From: Candidatus Hodarchaeota archaeon
GTDB lineage: Archaea; Asgardarchaeota; Heimdallarchaeia; Hodarchaeales; Hodarchaeaceae
Length of the DNA: 57,016 nucleotides
Reading direction: 5' to 3'
NCBI GenBank assembly: GCA_016840035.1
Contig: JAEOTC010000029.1
Location: forward strand, 1-57,016
The position numbers and the translations under genes were made by a program. Of the stretch, positions 39,984-48,999 are shown in pieces (position 1 is the first letter of the stretch; every line of letters begins with the position of its first letter). Under the pieces are notes generated by a model, which did not search any database, was not told the DNA's origin, and worked only from the letters and a program-made list of their open reading frames with translations.

Positions 39984-41135
39984 CTAAATGATTGACTTAA
40001 TATATTCCTTAAATTTCGTCATTTGCCTCTCACGATTATGATGATCTAGCACTAGTTTCTGGCCATGAATTCCCATTTTTTTCCGACTAATCGGATCAGA
40101 TTCCATTCTCAAAATGGCGTTTACGAGATGATCAACATTTTCTGGATTAACCAAGTACCCAGTATAACCATCTTTGACAATTTCAGCTATTCCACCGATA
40201 TTTGAGGAGATCACGGGAATTGATAGGGCAAGAGCTTCTAATAGAACATTGGGAAGCCCTTCTTTCGTGATACTAGGAAGAATCACAAAATCACAGATTA
40301 CATAATAATCTGCAGGATCGGGTGTAAACGGAATAAAAGTAACATTCATTTCTATATTGCGTTTTTTAACCATTTTTTTCAATTTGGTTTCATCTGGTCC
40401 ATCTCCAACAATTAATAGATGAATCTTTGGTAGATGATCGATCTTTATATTTTCAATAGCTTTTAGTAAAACTTCTTGCCCCTTACGATGTTCTAGCGAG
40501 CCAAAGCAACCCAAAATTGGTGTAGCTTCAGACAATCGGCTTTCTAAAAGCATATTCTTAGGTTTTCTTTTCTTGAAGTACCTTAAATCAATACCCTGAT
40601 AGATCTGTCGGATCTTTTTTTCAGGAATATTATAGTTAGTGATTAGAGATTGAAAAATCGTTTTTGTTATAGCTATTACTCCTGAATTCGAAAGCTGATC
40701 TGGAAGATAATATTGTCGGATGTAGCTGGGTACAATGGTACCTGTTTTGGTCAAAAGAATTGTTGGAATACCCATTGCTTGAATACATTTCGCCGAGAAT
40801 ATAGAAACGTGATAATTATTTCTAGGAGGGTGAACAGTGCATATGGCCACTTTGCAGTGTTGTAATGCCTCTCCCCAGAGTTTCATATACCTTTCTGAGT
40901 TAATCGAGATATCTAAATAATCATATAATACTAAATTTTGCAGGGTACATATTTTTTTACATTCGTCGGCAATTCGACCATTTTTTGGTGTAATAACTGT
41001 TATTTTCCATTTTTGGTCAAGAAAAAATCGTATTGCGTCTATTACCCATAGCTGGGTTCCTCCATATAACTCAGTATCTTCAATGAAAGCAATGTGCATA
41101 CAGGATTCAGGTGGAGGAGGAGATATTTTAACCAT
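39984..41135 (-). CDS. GT4 (GT-B fold) glycosyltransferase
   Basis: YGGTQ, IYQGID, HRKGQ, VGDGP, EGLPNVLLEA. Confidence 0.88.
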   Translation of the reverse strand: MVKISPPPPESCMHIAFIEDTELYGGTQLWVIDAIRFFLDQKWKITVITPKNGRIADECKKICTLQNLVLYDYLDISINSERYMKLWGEALQHCKVAICTVHPPRNNYHVSIFSAKCIQAMGIPTILLTKTGTIVPSYIRQYYLPDQLSNSGVIAITKTIFQSLITNYNIPEKKIRQIYQGIDLRYFKKRKPKNMLLESRLSEATPILGCFGSLEHRKGQEVLLKAIENIKIDHLPKIHLLIVGDGPDETKLKKMVKKRNIEMNVTFIPFTPDPADYYVICDFVILPSITKEGLPNVLLEALALSIPVISSNIGGIAEIVKDGYTGYLVNPENVDHLVNAILRMESDPISRKKMGIHGQKLVLDHHNRERQMTKFKEYIKSII

Positions 41136-41201
41136 AGTTCAATTAGTGGAATTATTAGTTTTCTAAGATCTACCAGTAAGAACAAGGTGTTTGCGCGACT
41201 G

Positions 41202-43067
41202 ATGGTAATTCCCGAACAAAAAAAAGCGGAAATAACTAAGAAATTGAAGATTCTATACGGAAACCAAGCAAAATCACTTTTTACTGATATAGAACAACTT
41301 TTTGAGAATCATCTAAAGAATATCTCTATTTTATACTCTGATAGTGGAGAAAGAGTAGCCAGTAAAGTGAAATGCTCAAAAAACGATATTATTCTAAATA
41401 CTTATGCTGATTCCATTCAAGATGAGAGTTATTCCCCTTTAGAAACATTAAGTAATTTTTCAAGAAAGTACATACAGCCCATAATTAATGGATGTCATAT
41501 ATTACCGTTTTATAAATGGGATACTGACAGAGGTTTCTCTGTGTTGGATTATTATTCTGTGGATCCTCGAAATGGTTCGTGGGAACAGTTTAGCGAATTA
41601 AAAAACTCATTTGATGTGTTAATGGTAGATTGCGTTTTAAACCACGCCTCTCTTGACAATCCCATTGTACAAGGTTCACTCAAAGATGAGGGTCAATATC
41701 GTAATTTTGTCATTACATATTCTGATGAAGACAAACCAAGTGAGGAAGACCAACTCAAAATTACGCGAGCTCGTCCTTATCCAGTATTAACGAGATATTA
41801 TGTTGTAGAAGTGGAGAAAAAACGTTTAGCAATATTTAATAAACCTTTAGATGGAAATATACTGAAAAAAGGATGGGTGTGGACTACTTTTAGTCGTGCT
41901 AACAACCCTGACGGTACCGTTGCCACTAGGCAGGTTGATTTAAATTTTAAAAATCCGAAAGTATTCTTAGAAATTGTTAAACTACTTTTATTCTACATTT
42001 CAAAGGGTGCAACTTGGATTCGACTCGATGCGATCGGATACTTATGGAAAAATGTGGGAACTAGTTGCCTGCATTTACCTGAAACTCATCTCTTCATCGA
42101 AGTAATTTCAGAACTGTTTAATGGCTTAGAGTCAATGGACATTGTACTAATTAGCGAGGTTAATGAACCTCAGGAACGAGCACTCCAGTATCTTGGCTCT
42201 GTTAAAGGTCAAAAATCGGATATGATATATCTTTTCACCCACTTTCCTCTAGCAGTCCATGCAGTACTTACTGGAACGGCCAAGTATTATAATAAATGGC
42301 TTCCATCATTAAAAATTGCTTCTGGACGACTTTTTGTAAGCGTATTAGGAACACACGATGGTATGGGGATGAAACCCATTGGTAATTGGCTACCTGAAGT
42401 GGAAAAGCACAAATTACAACAGATTCTACTGCATGATCATGATGCTCTAGCAAATTATGCACGACTCCCAGGAGGGGATACGATAGTATACGAACTATGC
42501 GCTACTCCTTGGAACTTCATCAATAAAGACCAATCGGAACCGGACTTTCTAACGAACTTAAATCGATATTTAGCAGTTTTAGCACTTGGATTGATGATCA
42601 AAGGAGTGCCTTCCATCTATATTAACGGATTACTAGGAATCACCAACAATAAGGAAAAATTAGACGAAAATAGGACAATAAATCGCCAAGTACTTTATGC
42701 TAAAGAGCTTAATATAGAGCTAAATAATAAAAATTCTCAAATGTCCCTTCTAATGTCAGAAGTTCTGAAATTAATTGCAATACGGAAGGGGGAAGAAGCC
42801 TTTGACCTCGATGGCACGTTTGAAGTTTTAGATCTCAATCCAACTGTAGTTTCAGTACTATTATCGGATAAGACCTCCACTAAGAAGCTGATCGCTATGG
42901 TGAATGTCTCAAATTTTAAACAAGAGATATTTGTTGACTGTTCTCAACTCGGATTTAATCAAGAATTGCTATTCGATGTAATTACAAAGAATCCATTAAA
43001 AATTCCCGCTCAAGGTACAAAATTAAGCATCAAATTAGCTCCATATCAAATAAGTTGGCTGCGATAG
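41202..43067 (+). CDS. GH13_18 sugar phosphorylase (glucosylglycerate/sucrose phosphorylase-like)
   Basis: TYADS, HILPFY..DRGFSVLDY, DCVLNH, WTTFS...QVDLNF, RLDAIGYLWK, SEVN, THDG; start moved to ATG 41202 to avoid overlap with the divergent gene. Confidence 0.85.
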   Translation: MVIPEQKKAEITKKLKILYGNQAKSLFTDIEQLFENHLKNISILYSDSGERVASKVKCSKNDIILNTYADSIQDESYSPLETLSNFSRKYIQPIINGCHILPFYKWDTDRGFSVLDYYSVDPRNGSWEQFSELKNSFDVLMVDCVLNHASLDNPIVQGSLKDEGQYRNFVITYSDEDKPSEEDQLKITRARPYPVLTRYYVVEVEKKRLAIFNKPLDGNILKKGWVWTTFSRANNPDGTVATRQVDLNFKNPKVFLEIVKLLLFYISKGATWIRLDAIGYLWKNVGTSCLHLPETHLFIEVISELFNGLESMDIVLISEVNEPQERALQYLGSVKGQKSDMIYLFTHFPLAVHAVLTGTAKYYNKWLPSLKIASGRLFVSVLGTHDGMGMKPIGNWLPEVEKHKLQQILLHDHDALANYARLPGGDTIVYELCATPWNFINKDQSEPDFLTNLNRYLAVLALGLMIKGVPSIYINGLLGITNNKEKLDENRTINRQVLYAKELNIELNNKNSQMSLLMSEVLKLIAIRKGEEAFDLDGTFEVLDLNPTVVSVLLSDKTSTKKLIAMVNVSNFKQEIFVDCSQLGFNQELLFDVITKNPLKIPAQGTKLSIKLAPYQISWLR

Positions 43068-43087
43068 TTGGAAACAAAGGTTGATCA

Positions 43088-44296
43088 GTGATGAAGAAAC
43101 CAGTGATAATAATTCCATCATATTGGACAAAAGGTGATCTAACCAAAGAAGATGCTGTTTATGATCATCCTACTGATCTTTTACTCCCCCGAGAAACACT
43201 TTCAAAAACTCTAAAGAGTCTAGAGATCATTTCTGATGATTTTGATACTATTGTTATTGGATGTCCTGTTAGGTCAAATATTGGCTTAGAAATGGATAAA
43301 GCAATCATTCAGATAATAAGGGATGCAAATTTGTCGTTTACGACGAAATATTTTGGTTATAATGAGTATAATTTACTTAAAACTTATATAGAGAAGGAAT
43401 TCCATCTAAAGGATTCTAAACTAATTTCGAACACGGGTTACGGAAACGTCCGTAATCTCTGTTTGCTCCTCCCCCAATTATTTGGCTATGAAGTCGTTAT
43501 TCTAATTGATGATGATGAGCTCGTTACCGACCGATTATTTGTGAGGAGAGCTATAGAATTCGTCGGAAAAAAGGTTCGAGATAAAGTTCTCGGACTAATT
43601 GTTGGATTTTATAAAAATCTCGATGATTCAATATTCATAGATGAAACAAAAATTCCTTGGTGGCGTTTAGTTTGGGAGAAGGAAAAATTAATGAATGAAG
43701 CGTTTCAAAGCGTCATGGATAACCATTCTGAGCGCTTGGTACAAACCCCATTCGCCTTTGGCGGTAATATGGTTATTCACAAAAGCTGTTGGGAAATTGT
43801 TCCATTTGACCCTTTGATTAAAAGAGGAGAGGATATGGATTACTTGCGAAATGTTCAATACTTCGGATTTACAGCCAGATTGGATAAGGAACTTTTCATT
43901 GTCCATGATCCCCCAAAAGTTTCAGAAAACCCCGAGATCAAGTTTAAGCAAGATATTCATCGCTTCCTCTATTCCCAGTATAAACTAAAGCATATGAAAA
44001 TCAATCCCTCATTGTTTGATCCATATCCTGGATATTTTCTAAATCAAATTGAAGGTAAAATTATCTTAACAGAGGTTCTCAATTATATCTACCATAATAG
44101 CGAAATTCTTTTTGAGATCACTAATATCAATCATTTTATTGACAAAATTGCGAATATCGATTTATATCTCAATCAGATTCAAAAAGAATGCCAAGAACTC
44201 AGTGGATCCTATATTATATTTCAAAATCGGTGGAAATCATTAATGAAAATTCTTGGAAGTCTTAAAGCACCTAAAAATATTGTTTTACGCATTTAA
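43088..44296 (+). CDS. Putative GT-A-fold glycosyltransferase of unknown specificity
   Basis: IIIPSY, GYGNVRN, LIDDDE (DxD), FGGNMVI, RGEDMDY. Confidence 0.65.
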   Translation: MMKKPVIIIPSYWTKGDLTKEDAVYDHPTDLLLPRETLSKTLKSLEIISDDFDTIVIGCPVRSNIGLEMDKAIIQIIRDANLSFTTKYFGYNEYNLLKTYIEKEFHLKDSKLISNTGYGNVRNLCLLLPQLFGYEVVILIDDDELVTDRLFVRRAIEFVGKKVRDKVLGLIVGFYKNLDDSIFIDETKIPWWRLVWEKEKLMNEAFQSVMDNHSERLVQTPFAFGGNMVIHKSCWEIVPFDPLIKRGEDMDYLRNVQYFGFTARLDKELFIVHDPPKVSENPEIKFKQDIHRFLYSQYKLKHMKINPSLFDPYPGYFLNQIEGKIILTEVLNYIYHNSEILFEITNINHFIDKIANIDLYLNQIQKECQELSGSYIIFQNRWKSLMKILGSLKAPKNIVLRI

Positions 44297-44314
44297 AAAT
44301 CAATTGCTGATGAA

Positions 44315-44992
44315 TTACCCGTAGATTTTGTAGGAAAATTTAGTAATCCTATAGTTCAATAATACTTGGTTAAATAGGAATAATACTAGAAAGATGATAT
44401 AGATTAAGTTAATTGACTCGTTATTTGAAAGAGCCTCTTGTCCTACGATTAAAGAGAAGGTTTCTAGGAACCAATAGATGACAATACAGATTCCTAATCC
44501 TATATGAATTGCAATCTTTACATTGCGAACAATAAACTTCGTTTCTTTTTCATTCAAAGAGATTTTCCAGTAGATTATGATCCATGTTACCAATAGGCTA
44601 TAAAAGATTAACCAGGATAAACTATATATTGTAGAAAATAGTGGTTTAAAATCTGCACTAATCAATCCGATTGGGGGAAGTAACATTCCAATGATAAGTG
44701 TAATTGATAAAAATACTGATATTCTTGCCCAAAGACCGAGATACGATTGAGAATATTTTTCTAGGGTAATTATCGGTGGAGAAGCACTTGTTAACAGATA
44801 TAAACTCAAGGATAGACAGCTAAATCCTAGAAGTAATCCCCAATGAACCCCCGTCTGTAGTAAAGACATTAATGAAGGTGCAACAACTATTATTCTCAAG
44901 AGAGTCAGTGATAATCTATAAAATTCAGTGAGAAGCAATATACTTGCCCCTACATAAAATATTAGTCTAGTCCAAGCAATTTCGCTTTTCAT
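44315..44992 (-). CDS. Hypothetical multi-pass membrane protein (about 6 TM)
   Basis: Alternating hydrophobic helices; no recognised motif. Confidence 0.6.
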   Translation of the reverse strand: MKSEIAWTRLIFYVGASILLLTEFYRLSLTLLRIIVVAPSLMSLLQTGVHWGLLLGFSCLSLSLYLLTSASPPIITLEKYSQSYLGLWARISVFLSITLIIGMLLPPIGLISADFKPLFSTIYSLSWLIFYSLLVTWIIIYWKISLNEKETKFIVRNVKIAIHIGLGICIVIYWFLETFSLIVGQEALSNNESINLIYIIFLVLFLFNQVLLNYRITKFSYKIYG

Positions 44993-45093
44993 CTAATCAC
45001 AATTTTTTTCTTAGAGTAAATCCCAAGAAAAGATTACTTTAGAATTCCATAATTAATAAGGAAGAATTGAAAATATCCCTTTCTAACATTTTC

Positions 45094-47322
45094 CTAAATT
45101 CTAACAACCAATTCAGCAGGTAACTCCAGCCTAAATTCATTACCCTTTTCTTCCTCGGGCGTAATAAATAATTTACCTTTGTAATACTGGGCGATAACGG
45201 AAGCAAGAGTCAAACCACTATAATGGCCTAAACTCTCCCATTCTTCTGTTACAGCTTGGGAAATTCGTTTTGATAAGTCTAAAGGTAAAGGTTTAGTCTC
45301 CTTGTCCTGTATTTTGAGGATGAACTTTGAACCCTCAAAGATCCATTCGCATGAAACGGTTACCATCTTATTTATCGATTGAGAAATATAAACAAATATT
45401 TCTGATAGTAATTCTTCAAAATTTTCGTCAATTAGGACAAATATCCCTAAATCTTCACAAACAATCTCTACCGACATTCCATATATCGCCGCAGTATTTC
45501 TAACTGTTTTCCAGAGAGATGTTTGTTTGAACGAAGCCGATTTTGAGCTGATATCAGACTGTAACACAGAATATATTTTATCAACTCTATCAATAGTTTT
45601 AGAAGCTCGTTCACAGATATTAATTATATTCTGCATATCTGTTCTAGTTTTCTTACCATTAGTTTGCCCTAGTAATTCCAAAGCAAAGGTTATTTTTTGT
45701 AAATCATTTTTTATGAAATGAGATTGCATGGTATGATATAATTCTTCCTCTCGTTTTACCTTCTTTAATTTTTCCTCAATCTCAAGTCTTTCAGTAAGAT
45801 CTGTGGATACACATAAGACTCCGTTGAATTTATTGTCGTCTGTGAAAAGTGGAGTGGCGGTGATCTTCACTGGTACTTTTTTATTCTCCTTAGTTTTCAT
45901 AAACGATTCATATGTGCTTGATATACCAAGTGGACGTTTTTCAGTCTCTCTAATTGATTCATCCAACGATTCATCTGGTGCGAACGCAGTCCAGTGCTTA
46001 CCCAAGATTTCCTCCTCCGAATATCCTATTAATTCCGCTCCTTTAGGATTGACGAAAATGATGTTTCCTCTGTAATCCTCGAGAAAAACTGCTTCTTCCA
46101 TTCTTTCCACAAGCATTCGATACTTCTTTTCACTCACTTTTAGAGCATCCTCAATTATTTTTCGATCAGTGATGTCTATGGAAGTATTACAGAGAGCATA
46201 TGGTTTCCCGTTTTCGTCTTTCAGAAGGAATTTTGTAGCAAGATAATTTCGCCCAGTGGTTGCTCCAACCTCCTCAAATTGCCTTGCTTCTCCCTCAGAA
46301 AGAACAGTTTTTTCGTTTTCCTCCCATAATTCAACATAACGATTTTTGAATAATTCGTTGGGAGTTTTTCCTATTACTTCCTCATGTTTTAACCCAGTAC
46401 GTTCATACCAGACCTTATTCACAAATAGAAATCGACCTTCCAGATCACGGGTATACACTGCATTAGGAGAGTTGTCAAACATGTCTTGCAGTTGTTGTTT
46501 AGTTCTACTTACAGCCTTTTGGGCTTTTATTCTATCAGTGATATCACTAGAAATTATTCCCAATCCACTACCTACTTTAAATGCTCTCACTGAGAGGTTC
46601 CGTTCCCCGAATGTAGGATGAGTTACAATATTATCAACCTGAACAGGAATACCAGTTCTTAAACACTCTTGGTATTTTGAATATCTCTCGCTTCCAGCCA
46701 TATCAGGCACTAGCTCAGTAATATGTTTGTTTAACAGGTCTCCCTTCATTGTACCCTCTGGAAATCTCTTCACACCTGCTTTGTTAGTATCTAGCAATCT
46801 AAGATCAGAATCAAATAAAAAATATCCATCAGGAGACGCTTCAATAAATGATGAAATCTTTTTTTCCAATAAAGCCCGTTCAGAGATGTCACGAATGACG
46901 ACTAAATCTGCATTTGACCCTTGGAATTTAATAAGTCTAGCATTTATCTCGACAACAATTAAATCACCATCACTTTTTTTCAGAAAGATTTCATAAACAG
47001 AAGGGACTGAATCACCTTTTATCCGTTTATCGTAGCGCTCTCGCACAATAGGAAGTACGAGAGGATGGACATATTCAGTAAAGGGTGTTCCTATTGCTTC
47101 GATTACTTTAAATCCAAGCATCGCCTCTAAACGCCTATTCGCATATTTAATCAAACCTTCCTGAATAATAACTATACCATCATTTGCTTCTTCTGCGATA
47201 GTTTGAAATTTAATAAATTCTTTATTCAGAGAAGAGATATTTTCTTCTAATTCTTTGATCCGAAATCTAGAATCCTTTAACTCCTTTATGAGTTCAGCTT
47301 GAGATTTATTTATGTCATGCAT
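45094..47322 (-). CDS. Multi-PAS sensor with degenerate histidine-kinase-like C-terminus
   Basis: N-terminal coiled coil, four PAS/PAC repeats ending DISER/DITDR/DITDR/DLTER, H-box SHFIKNDL, G2-like SGLTLA...GNEFRLELP. Confidence 0.85.
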   Translation of the reverse strand: MHDINKSQAELIKELKDSRFRIKELEENISSLNKEFIKFQTIAEEANDGIVIIQEGLIKYANRRLEAMLGFKVIEAIGTPFTEYVHPLVLPIVRERYDKRIKGDSVPSVYEIFLKKSDGDLIVVEINARLIKFQGSNADLVVIRDISERALLEKKISSFIEASPDGYFLFDSDLRLLDTNKAGVKRFPEGTMKGDLLNKHITELVPDMAGSERYSKYQECLRTGIPVQVDNIVTHPTFGERNLSVRAFKVGSGLGIISSDITDRIKAQKAVSRTKQQLQDMFDNSPNAVYTRDLEGRFLFVNKVWYERTGLKHEEVIGKTPNELFKNRYVELWEENEKTVLSEGEARQFEEVGATTGRNYLATKFLLKDENGKPYALCNTSIDITDRKIIEDALKVSEKKYRMLVERMEEAVFLEDYRGNIIFVNPKGAELIGYSEEEILGKHWTAFAPDESLDESIRETEKRPLGISSTYESFMKTKENKKVPVKITATPLFTDDNKFNGVLCVSTDLTERLEIEEKLKKVKREEELYHTMQSHFIKNDLQKITFALELLGQTNGKKTRTDMQNIINICERASKTIDRVDKIYSVLQSDISSKSASFKQTSLWKTVRNTAAIYGMSVEIVCEDLGIFVLIDENFEELLSEIFVYISQSINKMVTVSCEWIFEGSKFILKIQDKETKPLPLDLSKRISQAVTEEWESLGHYSGLTLASVIAQYYKGKLFITPEEEKGNEFRLELPAELVVRI

Positions 47323-47521
47323 AATGAAAAAGATCCTGAATGCCGAAAAACCAATTGTTTCGGTCTACAAATGAGAGAAAGGAAGAGTTAAATATTGTAT
47401 CCTAACATATTCTCTCACACGAAAACTCCTAGTCCTAATTTCTAAAAAAACCCTTCCAAATGCTCCCCCTATAAAGAAAGAATATAATCATCTTGTTCTT
47501 TATATGGAGAGTAATGATATT

Positions 47522-48697
47522 TCACGTTATTGTTTCCTCAAATGTTAAGGAAACAATCATCTCTTTAACATTAGCGGTAGAAATGCCAAAATTTTCAAAT
47601 AAAACACCAAGACCTGACTTAACAAAGAGATTAAGATCTAATATTTCTCCTGAAGTGATTATTGAGGTAAATTTTTGATCAAAGGCAAGAGAAAAACGTT
47701 CTATCGAATCTCTAAGATATGAATTAGCTTGAGGGGTAAGAATTAGGGCAATGAAGGATGCTCGGGTTTCTAACATTAATCGATATTTGTTTTTCATCAA
47801 GACTTCAGCGATAGGAGATGATGATTTAATCGATTCTGACATTAACATTGTGATCGCAACAACCGCTCCCGAAAATAAAGTCTCATTAATATAATGTACA
47901 TTCTCTTTGAAATCGAAATGGAAAAGCGGAATTCCGTTCAAGTTTGTAACGAGAATTTTATCTGCTTTTCGACGATTATAATGACTATACTGGTGTGTTC
48001 TTCCAAAGGAATATGTGAGTACAACATATCCGATTAAAATCATTCCTCTTAATAAAGATTCTGTGATTAAGAATGGACCATCAATGAAGAAGAGAGTAAT
48101 AAGTGCTAATATTAATGGAATGAATAAAATTATACTTACACTTACCACCATGATAATTAGTTGTCCTCTTTGAGTGATCCAAACATCTTTTAGACCTCTG
48201 CGCAATGTGGAAATTGCTAAAACGCCTAAAATTCCCCCAAATAGATTTAAAAACAATGATGTCGGCGAATCAAGGCTTTGAAAATACATTTGTTCCTCAA
48301 TCAACCAATTCGCTTGAGGAATGGCATATAGGATGAAAATTCCTGCGACTGTGGTTAAGATTGTAGCAATCATTTGTTGTTGTGTAAGTAATGTTTCATG
48401 TTCAAAATATTCGAAGACTAGAAGCAAAAAATAGAGAGAAATAATCGAACATAGTAAATCAAGCGTCTGAATATATTGGAACAGATTTAAATCTACCTCT
48501 GAAAGGAACATACCACTAATGTTTAATCCATTAGAAGCAAGATTCGTTATCAGAGCGAGAAGTAGAACAATTAGGATTCGTGAATATTCTGATCTTAAAT
48601 ACTTCCGTGCAACGAAATAAATCAGAGATAGTTCGAATACAAGGATCACAAGTTGAATAACTATAGTCCAGGTAACTTCAGATGTAAACAAAGGCAT
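47522..48697 (-). CDS. 7-TM membrane protein with C-terminal longin-like domain
   Basis: Seven hydrophobic segments, then ILVTNLNGIPLFHFDF...ETLFSGAVVAITMLMSE...LRDSIERFSLAFDQKF, the pattern typical of Asgard longin-like domains. Confidence 0.7.
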   Translation of the reverse strand: MPLFTSEVTWTIVIQLVILVFELSLIYFVARKYLRSEYSRILIVLLLALITNLASNGLNISGMFLSEVDLNLFQYIQTLDLLCSIISLYFLLLVFEYFEHETLLTQQQMIATILTTVAGIFILYAIPQANWLIEEQMYFQSLDSPTSLFLNLFGGILGVLAISTLRRGLKDVWITQRGQLIIMVVSVSIILFIPLILALITLFFIDGPFLITESLLRGMILIGYVVLTYSFGRTHQYSHYNRRKADKILVTNLNGIPLFHFDFKENVHYINETLFSGAVVAITMLMSESIKSSSPIAEVLMKNKYRLMLETRASFIALILTPQANSYLRDSIERFSLAFDQKFTSIITSGEILDLNLFVKSGLGVLFENFGISTANVKEMIVSLTFEETIT

Positions 48698-48905
48698 TTT
48701 TTTCTACCTTTTGGAATTATTCCAATTATTAAGACACGATCAGGATGAATCTTATAGATTTAAGACAAGTTCATTGAATGACAAAACCGAATATTCATAC
48801 TATTTAAATCAATAACAAATGTGAAGATTTCACTATTGAGGAAGTTTTGTTGTCACATCTGAGTTTTTTGATGAATCTAAAGAAAAGATAAAACAACAAG
48901 AACAT

Positions 48906-48950
48906 AAAAATGTCAAGAATGTTCAAAATATCAAAAATGTTCGTAATGCT
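48906..48950. repeat. Five degenerate 9-bp tandem units (AAAAATGTC AAGAATGTT CAAAATATC AAAAATGTT CGTAATGCT)
   Basis: AAT core recurs at an exact 9-bp period (48909, 48918, 48927, 48936, 48945). Confidence 0.55.
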
Positions 48951-48999
48951 AAGTCCATAACTAATTTTCGGAATGAGAAATCAGGATAAGCGTGTTTCG

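Noticed and set aside
41094-41201. N-terminal extension of the phosphorylase given by the ORF track
   Set aside because: It overlaps the divergent GT4 start; ATG 41202 is the more plausible start
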